From Octopus sinensis (taxonomy: Eukaryota): a stretch of 64,000 bases of DNA. The notes under the pieces were generated by a model, which saw only the letters and a list, made by a program, of their open reading frames with translations, did not search any database and was not told the origin of the DNA. The stretch's first letter is position 1. Each line of letters starts with the position of its first letter. The stretch covers positions 53,630,001 through 53,694,000 of the forward strand of contig NC_043004.1 of NCBI RefSeq assembly GCF_006345805.1. Reading direction: 5' to 3'. The position numbers were made by a program, and so were the translations under genes. Positions 57,174 through 64,000 of the stretch are shown here, piece by piece.

Positions 57174-57176
<3 letters not shown>
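56763..57176. repeat. Near-perfect inverted repeat (187-bp arms, 40-bp spacer); possible MITE or foldback element
   Basis: Arms 56763-56949 and 56990-57176 with one mismatch seen; mirrored track ORFs 56693..56938(-) and 57001..57246(+). Confidence 0.93.
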
Positions 57177-57228
<52 letters not shown>

Positions 57229-57914
57229 CGCGTGTGTAACTGCTAAAATAATATATATATATGCATATATACTCTATATGTATATATATATATACACGCA
57301 TATGTGGACACAGGACGTCATCCCATCATTCTATCCTATTACTCTTTCAGTCTCTCTCCGTCACTCCTCCTCCCTTGCTTACGTGGCTCCCACGTGACCA
57401 TCAGTAATCTTTCTCTCCGTTGTAGACGGAACAAGGAAGACGCGTTCCTGTTTGTCTCCTGTCCTAGCTTGATTTACGCGTTCGCCACCACAACCTCGTT
57501 TAGGTTTAGAAGCCCTCCCCGTTCGTTTTCCCTGTCCAGTTTGTGTTACCTATTTTGACCCTCCACAAAATCCCAAATTTTATTTAACTTGCTTTGCGGG
57601 AGTAACTGTTTTATCGAAAGCGTATATTGTTGTTAAATACCCGAAATACGAGACTAGAAACAATTGATGAAGGGTCGTTCTTTATGTTGTTTGTTTTGTT
57701 TTCCATTTGTGTCTTTCGTTGTTCGAAAGAAATGTTCATGTTCTATGTACCCGTGTTTCGTGCTGTTTTGTTGTACAAGTTTCGTTACGTCCTGTGCGCA
57801 CACATATGCATATACATACGTATAGATGTATGTACATATACTAATGTACATATGCTTATGTATATATATTGTGCATATTATTATATGTTTCAAAGCCACG
57901 CATCCTTTTCCAAG

Positions 57915-57957
<43 letters not shown>

Positions 57958-57967
57958 TGTGTGTGTG

Positions 57968-58283
57968 TGGAGGCGCAATGGCCTAGTGGTTAGGGCAGCG
58001 GATTCGCCGCGGTTGTAAGATCGCGGTTTCGATTCCCAGACCGGGCGTTGTGAGTGTTTATTGAACGAAAACACCTAAAGCTCCACGAGGCTCCGGCAGG
58101 GTGATGGGTGGCGATCCCTGCTGTACTCTTTCGCCACAACTCTCTCTCATTCTTTCTTCTGTTGCCTGCTCGCTTAGCCAGCGAGGTGGTGTCATTTGAA
58201 GGCTAAAACAATGCGAAGCGCATTGTGACCAGCGATGTGTAGCAACATCTGATAGCCTGGTCGGTCACGGTGATCACGGTGAT
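57968..58283 (+). mobile_element. SINE (head B plus tail Y)
   Basis: First ~185 nt match 51903-52085, then a different tail ending gcctggtcggtcacggtgatcacggtgat. Confidence 0.88.
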
Positions 58284-58335
58284 ATATATATATGTGTGTG
58301 TATGTATGTATGTATGTATATATATATTCGTATAT

Positions 58336-58664
58336 GGTGAGGGCGCGTGGCTTAGTGGTTAGGGCATTCGGCTCATGATCGTAAGGTTGTGAGTTCGATT
58401 CCCGGCGACGCGTTGTGTCCTTGAGCAAGACACTTTATTTCACGTTGCTCCAGTCCACTCAGCTGGCAAAAATGAGTTGTACTTGTATTTCAAAGGGTCA
58501 GCCTTGTCACTTTCTGTGTCACGCTGATTATCCCCGAGAACTACGTTAAGGGTACACGTGTCTGTGGAATGCTCAGCCATTTGCACGTTAATTTCACGAG
58601 CAAGCTGTTCCGTTGATCGGATCAGCTGGGACCCTCGTCGTCGTAACCGGCGGAGTAAGAGAGA
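58336..58664 (+). mobile_element. SINE (head/core C plus tail X) with 10-bp TSD
   Basis: A box tggcttagtgg, B box gagttcgattccc. TSD attcgtatat at 58326-58335 and 58665-58674. Confidence 0.9.
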
Positions 58665-59212
58665 ATTCGTATATAAGGGTGTACTACATATATTTGCCTG
58701 TAGTTATATATGTGGCTACATGTTTCTATATAAGTACTTATGCATGTATTTATTTATGAAAGTGTGCATTGAGTAGCGAAAAACCGGTACGTTTTTAAAG
58801 AAACTCCTTTACATTTTCCTTCTGCGTGAATTTGCTGACATTCGGGTTGATACATAAACACACTCTTGTTGAGACGGCAACCTTTGTGTGATATTAATCA
58901 CAATTTAGGCGCAAGTGGTACTTACATTTTATCCAACAGTAGTTAAATCCCCACCCCTCGCCTGAAAACGTACTTTCTTAATCCAGTACAACGAAAATGA
59001 GACAAATTTCGCCATGGATTGATTCCCCCATAGCGCCGCCTAGGTAATATTTACTGAGGAATTTTTCCCGGTTGCTGTTTGAACCGGAGTAGGAAATATT
59101 CACTATCATATGTAAAATTCACAAGGAAACAACTGCAGGGTTTTAAAGCTCAAGATTCCCATAGGAAAATAGAATATGTATTTTGGAATTTATCATGATT
59201 ACTATTTTGTAA

Positions 59213-59606
59213 TCTTTATATATAAAAGTAAGGTTGTGTGTCTGTCTCCTACGATTTTGATTCCTAACTACTCCCACATTTTGCGGTGCAGTTTAACCAA
59301 AAGCGGGTATCTTATAGTCGTGATTCATATCGAGCCCTTCTGGGTATTAGCGCGCGTCTACGATGAGTCTACGATTTAAAAAAAATTACCATAATTTTTC
59401 CGTATTTTTAATTCATTTTCGCTCGGTTTATATAAGGGAAGTAACTCTCTAAAAATGTATTATTAAATCTCAGAACGTAAAAAGCTACAGTAACATCCCC
59501 CTTTGTGGTTAGCCATATTGAGATGGCTATTATAGTTTAAATCTCTAAAAATGCTTATATAGTTATTTCCCTTACAAACCCGAGCAACGCCGGGTGATAC
59601 TGCTAA
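59213..59606 (+). mobile_element. Non-autonomous Helitron with a distinct body and the shared 3' end
   Basis: A|TC start; last ~70 nt match 14890-14961; ends cccgagcaacgccgggtgatactgctaa|t (CTRR). Confidence 0.78.
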
Positions 59607-59859
59607 TCATTACTAAAATCTTCTTTTGTAGCACGCTTGACCATGTACTCTTAAGACATTACAAAGAGGATGAGACAAGTTTCGCCCGGAGAAGACGACA
59701 CGATAGCATCGCCTGAGAAATATTTCCCGGTTGCTGTTTGAACTATTGTAGGAAAATATTACATTTATATGTAACATACACTGCAGAATAAATGCAGTGT
59801 TTTAAAACTCAGGGTGTAAGTTGCTGTAGGAAAATAGAATAACCACATTGCATGTAACA

Positions 59860-60350
59860 TTCTTTACTATACCACGATGATCAGGCCTCAGTCTGTCACA
59901 ATCGTCTTGCCATCCACATAATATTTTAACTGTTTCTCCATCATTTTTCCTCTATCCTAGCCACTACTGTATCACCAGTTTTTCTTCTACCACCACTATT
60001 ACTATACCCAACTATATCCATAACTCAAGACTATCAGAATAACCACCACCAACACCAACACCCAACCTCTACCCTCAACTCCGTTCCTCCACATCATCAG
60101 TATCATCACCACCACCACCATATTCATCATTACTATCATAACCACCATCACCATCACCCACTCCATCGTTCACCATCTCCACCACCGTCTACTACACCGT
60201 CTACTACAACGGCCACTGATCGCTACAAGTGCTTCATCACCACTAAACCTAACTCACAGCACCAACACCACAACCACCACCACCACAGCCACCTCCACCA
60301 CCACAACAACAACCACCACCACACCACGTCACCACCAACAGTAAAACCAA
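59860..60350. repeat. Degenerate (CAC/CAT/CAA)n trinucleotide tract
   Basis: Directly visible. Confidence 0.85.
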
Positions 60351-61429
60351 TTATTATAAGATATTAAAGTACATTTAGTATGAATTTCCTTTGATCAATA
60401 GAAATATGTGTTGAGAATTATTATTTCTCCACAGAACTGGTGTAGAGTGGTGTGATGGTGATGGAGGTAATTGTAGAAAGTAGTGTTGCCTGGGGATGTC
60501 GCGGGATTGTAGTTTTCCGTTGCGAATGGAAATTACTATGAAGCAGTGTCTAGTGCTGTGGTGATATGTAATGCTGCTGTTGCTGTGACTATATTGTCGT
60601 TGTTGTTATTTAGCCCCGAGTCAGCCCTGATCATTCATGCTCATGAACACATCGTGCATATTGTGATCAGTTCGTTTCGTTTGTGTTTGCTTTTTGTTCC
60701 CTTTCTTTCTTATAACAAATACATTAAATATGTGTTCTTTCTATATAGAACAACCTCTCAGGGTGTTCATTGAGAGGGTTTTAGTTGTTATTTCTAACAA
60801 ATTAAGTGACTTTATACAGGTTCTCTCTTGTTACAGACCGGTGATAGAGATGGCAAGGCTGAAAGAGTGATGCTTAATATTGTTGAACATCAGATTAAAT
60901 TCGATCGAGTAATTTGATTACGAACAGTATACCCACCCATCACCTTCCCACCTAGTCATCTGCATGTCTTTTATAACCACATTACATAGTGTGTCCTTCC
61001 ATTAACTGTTATTTCTAGCAGGCCGATCGATTATGTACATAGTCCTTGATGGCAAGATGCTATGTGATAGTTGTGAGCGTTGTGATGCTTTAGAAGATTT
61101 TGAATTTGTGGTGTTATTGATGTGTGGATGTTATTTTGCTAATCCCTCGAATGTTTTGCTCAGTTACATTACCACCGAAAAATATTCCATCTACAACTAT
61201 CCAATCTTTATTCAGACATTACGTACCTACTTTCCAATGAAGAGGAACTTTACTCTACATTACCATCTTCTAAACAAAACCTGATTGAGAGCTAATAATG
61301 TTTGATATTTTCTTTTCTTTTGGCCTTCAACTCTTCGAGGCGCAGTCGTAATAATAGGACATAAGTTGGCATATGGAACATGGTGGAGCTCATCCTTCTC
61401 CAAACAATCGCCTCTGCAACTGGAGCGAT

Positions 61430-61720
61430 AACATAATTACTGACCCCGAAAGGATAAAAATGAAGTTCACCTCGGTGGCATTGGAACTTAATGTACCGGC
61501 AGCCTTGACTAATATTCTATTCTACGATAAGCAAAAGGTCTGAAATTTGTGGGGAGTGGGGCTAGTGGATTACATCAGTTCCAGTACTAAACTGGTGCTT
61601 CTTTTATCGACTATGCAAGGATAAAAGGCAAAGTCGACCTCAGCGGAATTTAAACTCAGAACGTCGAGACAGATAAAATGCCGCTCAGCATTTTTTCCGA
61701 TATGCTTACCAGACAGCTCA
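61430..61720 (-). mobile_element. SINE family E copies, degenerate
   Basis: 'gaccccgaaaggataaaaatgaagttcacctcgg' and 'ggataaaaggcaaagtcgacctcagcggaatttaaactcagaacg'. Confidence 0.7.
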
Positions 61721-62235
61721 CCACATTAAAGCCTGGCCTGATATTGTGATGCGTTCTAACTGAGGCTTTAATCGAGTCACAAATTTATCATAGTGGATTC
61801 TGAAACAAATTACTAAATTACATTTTACTAATGGAAGAAAAAATCATTAGCATTAATAATTAGCATTAAAGTCAACGAGAAGAATTAGAAATTCAATTTT
61901 AATAAATATGGTGTCATTGGTAATTACCGTTACAACATATTAACCTTTCTCATAGTATAGTCTTACCATACTAAATAAACCTTATTTTAATTATGAGGAC
62001 ACACACGCATATGTATGGATGTGTGTGTGTATAAGACAAAGAATCAGAGATACAAACATTATATATATATGTGTGTGCGTGAGAGTGTGTGTGTGTGTAT
62101 GTGTGTGTGCGTATGAATGTATATATGTATACATATACGCACACATATGTATACACATATGTATACATATAAATACACACATCCACACATGTGTATCTCT
62201 GTGAGAGTGTGTCTGTTTGTGTGAGTGTAAGTATA

Positions 62236-62900
62236 AGAGGGGATACCCAAAAGAAACCGTAAATTTGCAATACAATTTTATATACTTAGTTTTACATGTT
62301 TACACTTTTATCGCCTTCAAAGTCTTCTGCATTTCAAGCAACGCATCGGCTCATATGTGCTTTCCACTGTTCGATTCAGCGATAAAACTCTTTCGAAATG
62401 TTACCTTTTAACATTTCCGTCGTTTTTCGTCACCTCTTCGACATTTGCAAATTCCGTACCACTAGCTTTTGTCACCAGCTATGCCCTTCGAATAAAGTTC
62501 CGGATCAACTGCCAGCTGCTCTTTCAGTTCACTGACTGTATTTGATCTCCCGTGAGCAAGCGAGGCATAAATTTGCTGCAGCACTTTTCATTCGCAATTC
62601 ATCGCTCAAAATTTGTTGGCAGGAGCTCCAGGATATACCAGTCTTATCAACAAATTCGTCAATTGTTCGGTGGTGTCCTCGAAGATCAGTTCATGAATTT
62701 TCATGTTTTCATTCGCTCGGGAAGTCGACAGTCGCCCTGAACGAGTTTGGTCATTAAACGACAAGTGACCATTCTTAAAAACCACTCGCAAAATTTTGTT
62801 TAGTTCATGGTAGCGGCTTTGTAAGCTGTCTGAAGCATGGTAATTGTTTCGGCCGCCGTTTTGAGTATACATTGTCTGGGAGACTCTTCTTATAGTAGGG
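62236..62900 (-). mobile_element. Internally deleted mariner element
   Basis: TA|agaggggatacccaaaagaaaccgtaaattt TIR-like end; FKNGHLSFNDQTRSGRLSTSRANEN (HTH) and DPELYSKGIAGDKS*WYG (first catalytic D region). Right end not resolved. Confidence 0.75.
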
Positions 62901-63207
62901 GAAATAGCTAAATTCTTAGGCTGCTATTTCTTAAAGTTCGGTGTGTGGTAAGGCAAATTCTTTTTGCTTATATAAAGTAATGTTTAAATTCACCATAAAT
63001 GGTCCTATTACATACCGAACACGGCTTGGTAAAATTATTAATTACTAATTAATTAATTTTACCCTTATTATTATTGACAATATATATATATATTAGTTAT
63101 CGCCATACTAATATGGCATTCTTATAAAAATAAGAATAAAGCTGACCGCTTATTAGCTCCATGAGGCCATCGCCTTAAGTTAGCTATTTGATACACAAAC
63201 TGTATCC

Positions 63208-63241
<34 letters not shown>

Positions 63242-63296
63242 GTTGGCACAGCTAGCACCCTCATCGTCGGAACCGACAGAGTGCTACTGTATGTAT

Positions 63297-63385
63297 ACAT
63301 ATAACTAAAATTGGAGCGATACAGAAAAAATAGCATAACCCTTCGCTAGGATGACATTCAAATTCGTGAAGCGTTCCATACTTTT
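63297..63385 (+). pseudogene. RNU6: U6 snRNA pseudogene, lacking the 5' stem-loop
   Basis: acatataactaaaattggagcgatacagaaaaaatagcataacccttcgctaggatgacattcaaattcgtgaagcgttccatactttt aligns to conserved U6 from ACATATAC to the U-tail; ACAGAGA box mutated to ACAGAAA. Confidence 0.9.
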
Positions 63386-63471
63386 CGACTCTGAATATTT
63401 ATATTATTTATCTACATTAAATTGTCCTTTTGATGTGATGCTAAGCGTTTTGCTTTCTCATTTTTACTTAA

Positions 63472-63541
<70 letters not shown>

Positions 63542-64000
63542 ATATATATATTTGTTGTATATTTTTATGATCTTTTTTAAAGTCGGTGCTCCAGCATGGC
63601 CGCAGTCAAATGACTGAAACAAGTAAAAGAGTAAAAGAGTATATGTTTATATAGAAATATGTATATGCGTATGTATGTGTGTGTGTGTATAATCGGCTTG
63701 AAATTTTGTCAAGCCAGTAGGATATTTTCTTACTTTCCTTAGCATGAAACCAATGGTAACCTTAATTCACAAATAAAGAAATTATATCCACCAATGCGCT
63801 GTTGAGCACTCATTTTCATCGTTCGACATTTATATATATATATATATATATGCATGAATGTGTGGGGTTGCTAGGGTGTTAGAATTTGGGCGTTTGCTGT
63901 AGAGGATTCGTGGAGATCAACACACTATTATGCCACACTTTTGCTTCTTTATTGAGTCTTTCTGTTTATTAACATATTTGTTTCCTAGGGCAGGTGTTTT

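Noticed and set aside
57303-57662. Possible solo LTR
   Set aside because: The TG...CA ends are arbitrary and no TSD was found.
51903-58410. SINE heads as functional tRNA genes
   Set aside because: They have A and B boxes but no complete cloverleaf, and they continue into SINE bodies with TSDs.

Overview
This is a eukaryotic, AT-rich window dominated by microsatellites and transposons. I could not identify a host protein-coding gene, so it looks intergenic or intronic. The repeat families look like those of octopus-type cephalopod genomes; that is recalled, not searched. The main element is a near full-length, young L1/Tx1-clade LINE on the minus strand (1-4692). By manual reading its ORF2 (APE endonuclease plus RT) is open for 856 codons to the window edge, which is why the ORF track misses it. 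Its ORF1 (CCHC knuckle) has a single in-frame TAG. Other relics include two more Tx1 pieces, an RLE-type (R4/Dong/HERO-like) LINE 3' fragment, RTE and CR1/L2 fragments, mariner and maT-like DNA transposons, six non-autonomous Helitron ends, many tRNA-derived SINEs with shuffled heads and tails, a 5'-truncated U6 pseudogene, a near-perfect 187-bp inverted repeat, recent tandem duplications and a 100-N gap. The best leads are apparent (GATA)n targeting by the Tx1 family, (CATA)n association of the RLE element, and a repeated hammerhead-ribozyme-like motif with a non-canonical core. All alignments and translations beyond the ORF track were done by eye, and boundaries of degenerate copies are approximate.
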